IMG/VR virus record: IMGVR_UViG_3300046059_000043
Span: 1 to 57,451 of that record
Reading direction: 5' to 3' (one strand)
Source: a virus
Length of the DNA: 57,451 nt
Each line of letters begins with the position of its first letter. Within the stretch, counting starts at the first letter, position 1. The notes beneath the pieces are model-generated. The model was not told the origin of the DNA, made no database searches, and worked only from the letters and a program-made list of their open reading frames with translations. The translations under genes were made by a program, and so were the position numbers. Shown here piece by piece: positions 43,150 through 50,721 of this stretch.

Positions 43150-45087
43150 ATGTCAAAGCTGGTCACGAAGAGACTTTTTGCGCGGGTTGTGGTGTGGCAG
43201 CCCGCGACGGGGGCCGTCATCGACCTCCCGTCCCGATCGGTAACGGCAGGTGGGGGCTTCTCTCGGGACGAGAATCGAGCGGTGATGTCCGACGGCTCCG
43301 CCGAGCCGACCAGCCGCAGTCATAGTCTGAGGATCCCGATGTCGCACGAGGAGGCGCGTGTGGCAAGTCGGTTGTTCCGGCTCAATAGCTGTCCCGCGCG
43401 GGCACTGCTCATTGGCGTGGAGGGAACCGAGCACGTCCTCTGGCACGAGGAGACGCGCGTCAACATCGAAAGTTCAGAGACTGACCCAGGCCAGTCCGCG
43501 AAGGACCTCGTGCTGGAGTCCTCGATCTTCAACCCGGCGATCTTTCGCGGCATGAACCTGATTGAGGGGGTTCCTTGGCAGGCAACGGAGGCCAAAGACA
43601 CTGGCTCCGGCTTTGAGATGCGGTATCCGGGCGGCGGGTACCGGCCCGGCTACGAGGGACCCGCGTTCGGCGTAGGATCTGAAGACGTGGAGGTCGACAT
43701 GCTCGGCGTCCCGAGCGGCCTTACAGAGGCGACCGTTCAATTTGAGTTTCCGGCGTGGGGATCCGTCCTCAAGCTCGGCGCCGTCACCGGATACACGCTC
43801 GATAATGGAATCCTGAAGGCCCTGGACTGGAATGAGTCGGTGCTCGCGTTCGTCGGTGCGGGGCAGGAGCTTGAGGTTCCGGATCGCACGTGGTACGTAG
43901 AGATTGGGCTGGGCGACGCTGGGGGGCGGCCCCGCCTCGATGTGGTTCGGCCTGGCGTGGGGCAGGGCAAGTTTCTGACCGGAAACCGCGAGAAGGCGTG
44001 CGAGCGCTCCGCCGAGGAGCCGCCGTGGGACGAGATCCCTGAGCCGAACGAGCCGCCGCGGTGGGTGCGGAAAGAGCCGCTCGTGTACGGACTCGACAAC
44101 ATCCCGCCCACGTGGACGAGCTGTGAGGATTACACGACCTCTGAGGAGGGCACGGGTGGAGACAATTCACCGCCCACGTGGACGAGCTGCCAGGATTATA
44201 CTACGACGGAGGAGCAGGCTGAGCCGCCGGAGGAGACGTTCACGTACACGGCCCCGAACGTAGGGCCAACGAGTTACATCTTTACCGCCAGCGGCGGATT
44301 CTCGCGCTTTGATTACTTCCCGGCTCAGTCAAATTACGAGAACTATTTGGATCAGGACGCCGCCTACGACCTGGCCGTTGACGAGTCTGCGGGCTACGTA
44401 TTCCTTGCCATCCAGGAGGCCATTCGGCGCTTCGACTTGAGCGGCGGCTCCGGGACCAATGTGCTGCAAGAGTCCGGCAACGATCCAGTCGGGATTGCCG
44501 TCGACCCGCTCACCCAAGAGGTCTACTTCAGCTACCAGCAGCAAACGGGCATTTACAAGATTGCCTACGACGGGAGCGGGAAGACGCAGGTTGCCAGCGA
44601 CGCGGGGGAGGCGTATGCCCTCGGCGTGGCCCCGGACGGGGGCGACGGCGCGTACATCTTCGGCGTGAGTCCGACGGCGCAAGAGATTGCCCGCTGGAAC
44701 GCGGACGGGTCCGGGAAGAAGGTGCTGAAGGACCTTTCCGGAACGGTCTATTACCTCCAGCGCAACTGCCACCTGCACCTGGAGGGGGCGTGGGTCTTTT
44801 ACCAGCAGTCCAAGTCTGACTCACAGAGAAACGTGCGCCGCATCTCGATGGGCGGGGGCACCGATGAAGGAATTTTTCTTGAGGCGTCTACGTACACGAT
44901 CGCTGACCACCAGTATTGGACCGTGCTTCAAGAGGAGGATAAGTGGATTCAGCTCGAATCCGCAGAGGACGGAGCAACGCGAGTAGAAGAGCGAAACTTG
45001 GATGGGAGCGGTACTACATCCACGACCCTCTCAGGCACCTCCTATGACCTCGGAGAACGGATTGCTTCTGCACAGCTTGTCAGCTAA
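43150..45087 (+). CDS. Tail protein with two central PPTWTSC(E/Q)DYTT modules and a C-terminal YWTD/NHL-like beta-propeller (645 aa)
   Basis: Modules at 44104-44139 and 44170-44205. Propeller-like blades: GIAVDPLTQEVYFSYQQQTGIYKIAYDGSGKTQV; YALGVAPDGGDGAYIFGVSPTAQEIARWNADGSGKKVL. Confidence 0.65.
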   Translation: MSKLVTKRLFARVVVWQPATGAVIDLPSRSVTAGGGFSRDENRAVMSDGSAEPTSRSHSLRIPMSHEEARVASRLFRLNSCPARALLIGVEGTEHVLWHEETRVNIESSETDPGQSAKDLVLESSIFNPAIFRGMNLIEGVPWQATEAKDTGSGFEMRYPGGGYRPGYEGPAFGVGSEDVEVDMLGVPSGLTEATVQFEFPAWGSVLKLGAVTGYTLDNGILKALDWNESVLAFVGAGQELEVPDRTWYVEIGLGDAGGRPRLDVVRPGVGQGKFLTGNREKACERSAEEPPWDEIPEPNEPPRWVRKEPLVYGLDNIPPTWTSCEDYTTSEEGTGGDNSPPTWTSCQDYTTTEEQAEPPEETFTYTAPNVGPTSYIFTASGGFSRFDYFPAQSNYENYLDQDAAYDLAVDESAGYVFLAIQEAIRRFDLSGGSGTNVLQESGNDPVGIAVDPLTQEVYFSYQQQTGIYKIAYDGSGKTQVASDAGEAYALGVAPDGGDGAYIFGVSPTAQEIARWNADGSGKKVLKDLSGTVYYLQRNCHLHLEGAWVFYQQSKSDSQRNVRRISMGGGTDEGIFLEASTYTIADHQYWTVLQEEDKWIQLESAEDGATRVEERNLDGSGTTSTTLSGTSYDLGERIASAQLVS

Positions 45088-45090
45088 GTT

Positions 45091-45435
45091 ATGGCCCGCC
45101 AACTGACGAAAAACGCAAACGGGAACCTCCAGTTTACCGAGAAGGTGTTCGATGATGACGAGGAGAACGTGGACCACCCCCTCCCCTCAATCGTCGAGCT
45201 TGACGAGATTGACGGGCAGCCCGTCCCGAGTGCAGCGCGCACGCCGGATTGGCTTCAGGTAACTATCAATGAACTCGGGGTCGTGGTCGCGGAGGGGCGC
45301 TGGGAGGAGGAACTCACCGTGACGATCCAAAATCCGGACGAGAACTTGGAGGCGGACACGCTCTATCAGTTTCTCTTTCGGGCCACCGACGGTACCGATA
45401 CGTCTGACCACCGCGTTACACTTGAAGTTGACTGA
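45091..45435 (+). CDS. Small Ig/cadherin-like domain protein (114 aa)
   Basis: NGNLQFTEKVFDDDE...YQFLFRATDGTDTSDHRVTLEV. Paralogous to the N-terminus of the next ORF. Confidence 0.5.
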   Translation: MARQLTKNANGNLQFTEKVFDDDEENVDHPLPSIVELDEIDGQPVPSAARTPDWLQVTINELGVVVAEGRWEEELTVTIQNPDENLEADTLYQFLFRATDGTDTSDHRVTLEVD

Positions 45436-45462
45436 TGTCAGCAGAACCGAACCCTACACTTT

Positions 45463-46587
45463 ATGCCAGAGCTCACAGACCCCGACAACGACGGCATTTT
45501 AGAGTTTACCCAGACCGTCGAAGACGTGGACGGGGATTCTCTGTCCATCACGGGGGAGCTGGACCAGATCAACGGCACCACTCAAAGTGGTAGTGACCGT
45601 AACCCGAGCTGGTTTTCGTTCACAACATCGAGTTCCCTCTCCGGCGGCACTCGAACGGTGGATGTGAATATCCAGATCAACGCCTCTGAACTCGGGGGTG
45701 CGGGCACGACGTATACGTTCGAGCTTTATGCCGATGATGGGGTCAGCACGTCGACTTGCACGTTCACCCTTGAGGTCACGTCTTCATCCCCCAACACACT
45801 CTTAATCAGCTATAATGATAATGAATTTCAAACTTATGACATAAAAAATGGTACGTTTAATACGGTAATTCCGAGCGCACCGGGTGCAAACGATTATATT
45901 GTAGCGTTTGCAAAAGACTCTGCAAATGAAAGGGTTTGGTTTGCCTTAAAAGTAGACGGGGTAGACAAGGTAGAATATTACACGGCCCCATTCAGCGACC
46001 TTTCAAACTGGACAAAACAGTTTGAAGATACAACGTCATCATTAGATATAAGGGAACTTCATTACGATAATGAAAAGGACAGACTACCAGCAAGCGATAA
46101 CCAAACAGATGAGACTATTTATTATGATACTAACGGGAACCGTAACGTGGTGCGTGGTTTCACGGTTTTTCCTTTGGCATTTGATGAGAAAAGAGGAGTT
46201 TTTGGAAGTGAGGACGACATCTATGAAATTAGACACTATGATTATGGAAACAACGTGAAAGATGCTGATACGTCGGCGATTTCTACCGGCGCTGCTTTTT
46301 ACCACCCAGTGCTCGATGAATTTGTTTACTATGAAGGAAATAACAACACAATATCTAGATACGACCCTAACGATTCATATAATAAAACTGATGTAAACAA
46401 TTCATTCCAGCTTGGAAATGCTGGAATCCATGCGCCAAATGAAGGCCCAGACGCAGCCGCATGGACTGCAGACGAAAGCTCCAACGGTGAGCTTGTGGTC
46501 ATTGATTTAAGTGACGGCTCTACGATAAGAGATACAGGCGATGTTCCAACTGCCGCCCCAGATGATTATCTCTTAATCAACAAGTAG
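45463..46587 (+). CDS. Tail/receptor-binding candidate: Ig-like N-terminal domain fused to a low-GC C-terminal domain (374 aa)
   Basis: N-terminus DGILEFTQTVEDVDGD...YTFELYADDGVSTSTCTFTLEV. From about 45795 the DNA becomes AT-rich and the protein Asn/Tyr/Asp/Lys-rich. Confidence 0.6.
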   Translation: MPELTDPDNDGILEFTQTVEDVDGDSLSITGELDQINGTTQSGSDRNPSWFSFTTSSSLSGGTRTVDVNIQINASELGGAGTTYTFELYADDGVSTSTCTFTLEVTSSSPNTLLISYNDNEFQTYDIKNGTFNTVIPSAPGANDYIVAFAKDSANERVWFALKVDGVDKVEYYTAPFSDLSNWTKQFEDTTSSLDIRELHYDNEKDRLPASDNQTDETIYYDTNGNRNVVRGFTVFPLAFDEKRGVFGSEDDIYEIRHYDYGNNVKDADTSAISTGAAFYHPVLDEFVYYEGNNNTISRYDPNDSYNKTDVNNSFQLGNAGIHAPNEGPDAAAWTADESSNGELVVIDLSDGSTIRDTGDVPTAAPDDYLLINK

Positions 46588-46639
46588 TTACACTAAAGAA
46601 TATAGAAACTTATCTTTCATTACTCAAAACCCCCAACCC

Positions 46640-47167
46640 ATGCCTGAAACCGCAGAGACAAGCAATCTTGAAGAGCGTATCGCCAACGAAACCGAGGGAC
46701 TCAGCCCCGAGGACCTCGACGGCATCTCCGAGTCGATGGCCTTTAGAAAGGCCACCGCCAAACTCCTCGCAGGCGAGCTGACCGTGCCGGAGTGGGAGTG
46801 GTTCGTGAAGCGAGAATTGAACCAGCTCGTGGACATCCCCTTCGTCCCCGAGGCCGTCGAAAAGGGCATCTTTGATCAGGCCCTTGAGGTCTTGGGGACG
46901 GCGCTGGAGGGCCTCCTCACCGGCGGGTCCGGCCAGCTCGACGAGGTGACGGGTGACCCCTCGTTCCGCAGCGCCACGCTTGACCTGCTTGCGGGGAAGA
47001 CTACAGTTCCTGAGTGGATGAGCGTGGTCGGAAGGCTTTTGAGCGAGCGAGTCGATGTCCCCTATGTGCCGGAGATGGCGGAGGACATTGCCTTCGAGAA
47101 GGGGATCGAACTTCTCGGTTCAGCGCTGCACGGCCTCCTCGAAGACGGAAGCGAAGACGCGAGCTGA
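46640..47167 (+). CDS. hypothetical protein with an internal ~60-aa duplication (175 aa)
   Basis: AFRKATAKLLAGELTVPEWEWFVKRELNQLVDIPFVPEAVEKGIFDQALEVLGTALEGLL pairs with SFRSATLDLLAGKTTVPEWMSVVGRLLSERVDVPYVPEMAEDIAFEKGIELLGSALHGLL. Confidence 0.6.
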   Translation: MPETAETSNLEERIANETEGLSPEDLDGISESMAFRKATAKLLAGELTVPEWEWFVKRELNQLVDIPFVPEAVEKGIFDQALEVLGTALEGLLTGGSGQLDEVTGDPSFRSATLDLLAGKTTVPEWMSVVGRLLSERVDVPYVPEMAEDIAFEKGIELLGSALHGLLEDGSEDAS

Positions 47168-47256
47168 GACGCCGCGTAGCCCACGCCGAGAGGAGTTCCT
47201 TTGAGGAGTCCCTATATGGAGAAGAGACTGAGCCCAACCCACCCACCTGAACAATC

Positions 47257-47610
47257 GTGATCCGCAAAAACCGGAGCTACGCGTCGTTTTACCTGAAGGA
47301 CGACTCAGTTGAGCTAAAGGAGACGGAGGTCCAGGAGGCCATGATCCAAGCTGCTGCCCGCGAGTACGCTGCCGAGCCGCAGCGACTGGTGATCACCTCG
47401 GCCAACGACGGGGAGCACTCCGAGGGGTCCCTCCACTACGAGGACGAAGCCCTAGACCTGCGGGTGTGGCAGCTCGATGACCACGAGAAGACCGCCAGGC
47501 GCCTACAAGATCGGCTCGGACCCCTCTACGACGTGATCGCTGAGTGGCGCGAGAGCGAGGACCACGGCTGGGTTCCTTCTCATATCCACATCGAGTACGA
47601 TCCAAGCTGA
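47257..47610 (+). CDS. Putative endolysin, LAS/M15-type zinc peptidase (117 aa)
   Basis: H-x6-D (SLHYEDEALD) plus H-x-H (SHIHIEYD), as in VanY/M15 D-Ala-D-Ala or L-Ala-D-Glu peptidases. It lies next to a holin-like gene. GTG start. Confidence 0.6.
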   Translation: MIRKNRSYASFYLKDDSVELKETEVQEAMIQAAAREYAAEPQRLVITSANDGEHSEGSLHYEDEALDLRVWQLDDHEKTARRLQDRLGPLYDVIAEWRESEDHGWVPSHIHIEYDPS

Positions 47611-47644
47611 AGGCTCAGCTCATCCATGAAGCCTCAGCTCAGCC

Positions 47645-48235
47645 ATGCTCTCTCACCGCTGGATCCTGATGCTACGCTATTTCCTCCTTGAGCCGCTGCG
47701 CACCCTTACCGACTGGTGGCCTGTGCAGGGTATGATGGCGCTTCTCAGCGCGCTTTTGGCGAGCCTGATCACCAGGATCATCGAGGGCTACGAGATTCTG
47801 CTGGGCGCAGATGACTGGCTCATTTTAGGGGCGGTGACGATGTTTATCCTTGACCTCATGTCGGGCGTTTTCGGGGCGCTCCGACATGAGCATGTTACAT
47901 TCAGCCCGACGGCCCTGAAGCGCAGCGGCTTCAAAGCGGTAGAGTGGGGCTTCATCATCACTGGCTCGGTCATTCTCGCAGGCGCAGCGCGGGAGCAGGG
48001 CCTCTTTTTGATCGACCAGCTCCACATAGGCGCCATGTTTTGGCTCATGACGACCGACTTTATCTCGATGCTCCACAACCTCAAGGGTTCAGAAAAGCCG
48101 GGCATCATAAGCGGGCTGACCGCCCTCGCGGAGGGCGATGTGGGCGAGTTCATCGATGACGCCAAAGACGCTGCCACCGACGACGCCACCGATGATGGGC
48201 CAAACGGGGACACCCCTAGACGGGACAGCCCTTGA
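47645..48235 (+). CDS. Putative holin (multi-pass membrane protein, 196 aa)
   Basis: At least four hydrophobic segments. ILDLMSGVFGALRHEHVTFSPTALKRSGFKAVEW resembles phage holin family 4 (D..tG...A....S....G..K). Acidic C-terminal tail. Last gene of the right arm. Confidence 0.55.
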   Translation: MLSHRWILMLRYFLLEPLRTLTDWWPVQGMMALLSALLASLITRIIEGYEILLGADDWLILGAVTMFILDLMSGVFGALRHEHVTFSPTALKRSGFKAVEWGFIITGSVILAGAAREQGLFLIDQLHIGAMFWLMTTDFISMLHNLKGSEKPGIISGLTALAEGDVGEFIDDAKDAATDDATDDGPNGDTPRRDSP

Positions 48236-48311
48236 GAGCGCTATATTTTGTTTCTGAGAGGAATGACTCTCCGCCCTGCCGATGCCACCAGCCCGAGGCG
48301 ATCGTCTGTAA

Positions 48312-48331
48312 CTGCCGAGCATGGACGGCAG
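48312..48331. terminator. Hairpin CTGCCG-N8-CGGCAG at the convergence point of the two arms
   Basis: 6-bp stem read directly, in the 105-nt gap between the converging genes. No clear T-runs. Confidence 0.3.
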
Positions 48332-48340
48332 AGCAGGCCG

Positions 48341-49126
48341 CTAAGGCTCAATGAGCCCCAGCCGCTCGCATTCCTCGCGGATGTAGGGCCTGAGCTCCGC
48401 AATTTCCTCCCAGATCCAGAGGGCGTACTGCCTGTCCTTCTGCGCCAGGTCGCGGAAGGGGATCGGCCCATCGCCTGCGTGCTTTCCGAAGCAGACGAGA
48501 AGCGTCCCGTCGCCCGCCTCCTTGAGGCGCTCCTTCGAGTCAAGGTAATCGCCAGAATCCGTGGCAAAAGCTGCGATGTCGGATTCGCAGTCGTAGAAGT
48601 CCATCTGCCCCGCAGCGATCTCTAGCGTGGCCGACACGTCGGCGTGGGCCTGGTGAGCCTCCGTCAACTCCTCACGCGCGTATTTGAAGTACACATCCTC
48701 CAGCGAGCGGGACTGGAGGTCCTTCTCCTTCTTGTAGATGTCGACGTGGACGCGGCTTTCGTCTTCAGGGAAGGTGAGGCCCGCCCGGTTCATCTCCGCC
48801 TTGAGGAGGGGAAGATCGTAGGTCTTGCTGTTATAGCCGATCAGGTGGCAGCCGGAGAAGAATTTCTCCACATCCGAAGCAATTTCGGCGAAGGCGGGGG
48901 CGCCGTGGACGCTCGCGTTCGTGATGCCGGTGAGCTGGACCACGTGGTTGGGGATGGGGGAGCGCGGGTCCACCAGCTTGTTCACGGATTCGATGGGCGT
49001 GCCGTCCTCGGCGTACTTCACGGCCCCGATCTGGATGATCCGCGCTTCGGAAGGGTCTTTGCCCGTGGCCTCCAGGTCGAAGCAAATGGCGGGGCGGTCG
49101 GTGTCGAAGGGAAAATCGCCAGTCAT
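48341..49126 (-). CDS. DnaQ-like 3'-5' exonuclease (DEDDh) with an ExoX-type C-terminal domain
   Basis: Exo I ICFDLEATG, Exo II LIGYNSKTYDLPLL, Exo III HQAHADVSAT. From memory, the C-terminal FGKHAGDGPIPFRDLAQKDRQYALWIWEE resembles DUF3820. Confidence 0.85.
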   Translation of the reverse strand: MTGDFPFDTDRPAICFDLEATGKDPSEARIIQIGAVKYAEDGTPIESVNKLVDPRSPIPNHVVQLTGITNASVHGAPAFAEIASDVEKFFSGCHLIGYNSKTYDLPLLKAEMNRAGLTFPEDESRVHVDIYKKEKDLQSRSLEDVYFKYAREELTEAHQAHADVSATLEIAAGQMDFYDCESDIAAFATDSGDYLDSKERLKEAGDGTLLVCFGKHAGDGPIPFRDLAQKDRQYALWIWEEIAELRPYIREECERLGLIEP

Positions 49127-49164
49127 GGCACTCAGTGGGGTTTTTGAAAGGGTGCAGTGAAACG

Positions 49165-49182
49165 AAAAAATGCGGGAGGGGG
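49165..49182 (-). promoter_or_regulatory. A-run/G-box (AAAAAATGCGGGAGGGGG), 38 nt upstream of the ATG at 49126
   Basis: Member of the repeated box family. The next element is palindrome 49187-49200. Confidence 0.4.
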
Positions 49183-49186
49183 TGGA

Positions 49187-49200
49187 GAACCTTTCGGTTC
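49187..49200. promoter_or_regulatory. GAACC-N4-GGTTC palindrome (GAACCTTTCGGTTC)
   Basis: Perfect copy, identical to 4408-4421. Confidence 0.4.
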
Positions 49201-49483
49201 ACGGATGAATCCGACGCACCTTTGATGGGGTGTGCCCACGCTGCCGTAGTTCTTGCTCGTATTCGTCGTGGATTCGGCGCATGTCGCTGGTCACCTCTTT
49301 GCCCTGCCGCTGGCGAGATTTGATCACGGCGTGGATGTAATGGTAGCGGCACTTGAGGCGGAGGTCCTCCCTGATCGAGTCGCCCGTGAAGAGGTCCTCG
49401 ACGACCTCGCGGATGTAGGTGCCGATCCGATCTGGGGTAGACGTATCAGGCGTTGATGTGTCAGTAGTACCTTGCTTCGGCAT
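49199..49483 (-). CDS. hypothetical protein (94 aa)
   Basis: ORF track gives 49199..49516. I prefer the ATG at 49483 (MPKQGTTD...) to limit overlap with the upstream ORF. Confidence 0.45.
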   Translation of the reverse strand: MPKQGTTDTSTPDTSTPDRIGTYIREVVEDLFTGDSIREDLRLKCRYHYIHAVIKSRQRQGKEVTSDMRRIHDEYEQELRQRGHTPSKVRRIHP

Positions 49484-50009
49484 CGAGGTCTTTGCTGTTG
49501 TAGCGGTCAAGTGCATCGGACTTGAGGAGGAAAACAGGCTGGTTGTTCTCGTCGTGGCGCGTCCCGAAGTCCTCTCGCTCTAGCTCATCGATGAGTTCAA
49601 TCATCTCCATCATCGTGTCCCGATCCATCGTCGTCTGAAGGGAGGCACGAATGCGGCGAGACTGGTTTATCACCCGGTCAAAGTCAGCGGGGGTCAAGGG
49701 CTTTCCGTACCGCATCTTGTTGTCGAGGTGCTCGTCCCGCGGCAGCTCGCGGGCGGCATAGCGGATTTCGGCGTCGGTGTAGCCTTGGGCCAGCAGGTAC
49801 TGGGCGAGAACTTGGACCCGCTGCTCGTCCGCGTCGGGTTCGACGAGGCTGACGACCGTGCCGACCGCGTCTTGGACGGTCTCCGGCGAGGCGGGGGCCT
49901 CCCACGCCTCGTCATTCGTAAACTCCGGCACCGCGCCCGGCAGCTTCGAAGATTGACTTTGCTTTTTCAGCGAAGTCGTCGTGCTCTTCGGATCGCTCTT
50001 GGGGGTCAT
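49461..50009 (-). CDS. hypothetical protein (182 aa or shorter)
   Basis: ORF track. Its first 98 nt overlap the 3' end of ORF 49912..50703. A GTG at 49931 would reduce the overlap. Confidence 0.5.
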   Translation of the reverse strand: MTPKSDPKSTTTSLKKQSQSSKLPGAVPEFTNDEAWEAPASPETVQDAVGTVVSLVEPDADEQRVQVLAQYLLAQGYTDAEIRYAARELPRDEHLDNKMRYGKPLTPADFDRVINQSRRIRASLQTTMDRDTMMEMIELIDELEREDFGTRHDENNQPVFLLKSDALDRYNSKDLDAEARYY

Positions 50010-50703
50010 GGCTTGCGTTGATCATTTGAATTTGCTGTTCAAGGCGGGTCTTCACAAGGGCCGCAGAGGGATTCCAGCCCTTGTCGATGATGGTCTGGCA
50101 GACGGCGCGGAGGCAGTCCCATCCCTCCGGGCCGTTGTCTTCACACTTCTGCTCAATGTGATCCTTGATTGAGAGCCCTTGGACCGGCGTCCCGAACGCC
50201 TCCGCGGTGATGGCATCAACGTCGTTCTCCTTAATGCAGAAGGGGTCGGGGTCATCCTCGCGCGTGCCCGCAGGCGCGCGCTCAGCAGCAGTAGTAGTAT
50301 TGTCAGTATTCTCTAATAGTCCGTCTGACTTACTATCAGTATTACTAGATCCCCCATCCTGTCCATGATGGGAGGTGTCCGGGGTGGGTTCTGACCACCC
50401 TGGATCGAATCGGGGGTGGTCAGCCACGACTACTTTCCAGTTGAATGTTCCATCATCGGCGCGGACCTTCTCTCGCTTCATGTATCCGTGATTTTCTAGC
50501 TCTTCGAAAACCGACCTGATTTTGTATTTCTCACACGGGCCGCTTTCTACAATGTCGAACATTCGAGGCGTCCATTCTTCAGGCTTCGAGAAAAGGTAAC
50601 CGAGCACGCCCTTTGCTTCCCAAGAGAGCCGATCGTCTTGGAAGGGGGCGTCGTTTGCAACGTGATAGTTGCCGGAGGTAAATTTGCGCTGGACAAGAGG
50701 CAT
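49912..50703 (-). CDS. Winged-helix DNA-binding protein, possible replication initiator/organizer (263 aa)
   Basis: ATG at 50703. LSWEAKGVLGYLFSKPEEWTPRMFDIVESGPCEKYKIRSVFEELENHGYMKREKVRADDGTFNWKVVV fits the wHTH pattern of phage/plasmid replication proteins. Tentative. Confidence 0.45.
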   Translation of the reverse strand: MPLVQRKFTSGNYHVANDAPFQDDRLSWEAKGVLGYLFSKPEEWTPRMFDIVESGPCEKYKIRSVFEELENHGYMKREKVRADDGTFNWKVVVADHPRFDPGWSEPTPDTSHHGQDGGSSNTDSKSDGLLENTDNTTTAAERAPAGTREDDPDPFCIKENDVDAITAEAFGTPVQGLSIKDHIEQKCEDNGPEGWDCLRAVCQTIIDKGWNPSAALVKTRLEQQIQMINASHDPQERSEEHDDFAEKAKSIFEAAGRGAGVYE

Positions 50704-50721
50704 GGCTGGTTGAGGGTCTGG

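Noticed and set aside
41318-44205. The CCCACGTGGACGAGCTG repeats as shufflon-like or invertase recombination sites for tail-fibre switching.
   Set aside because: All copies, including the one at 53253, are in direct orientation on the same strand and in frame, so recombination would delete rather than invert. Divergent copies keep the peptide but not the DNA, which points to a protein-level motif.
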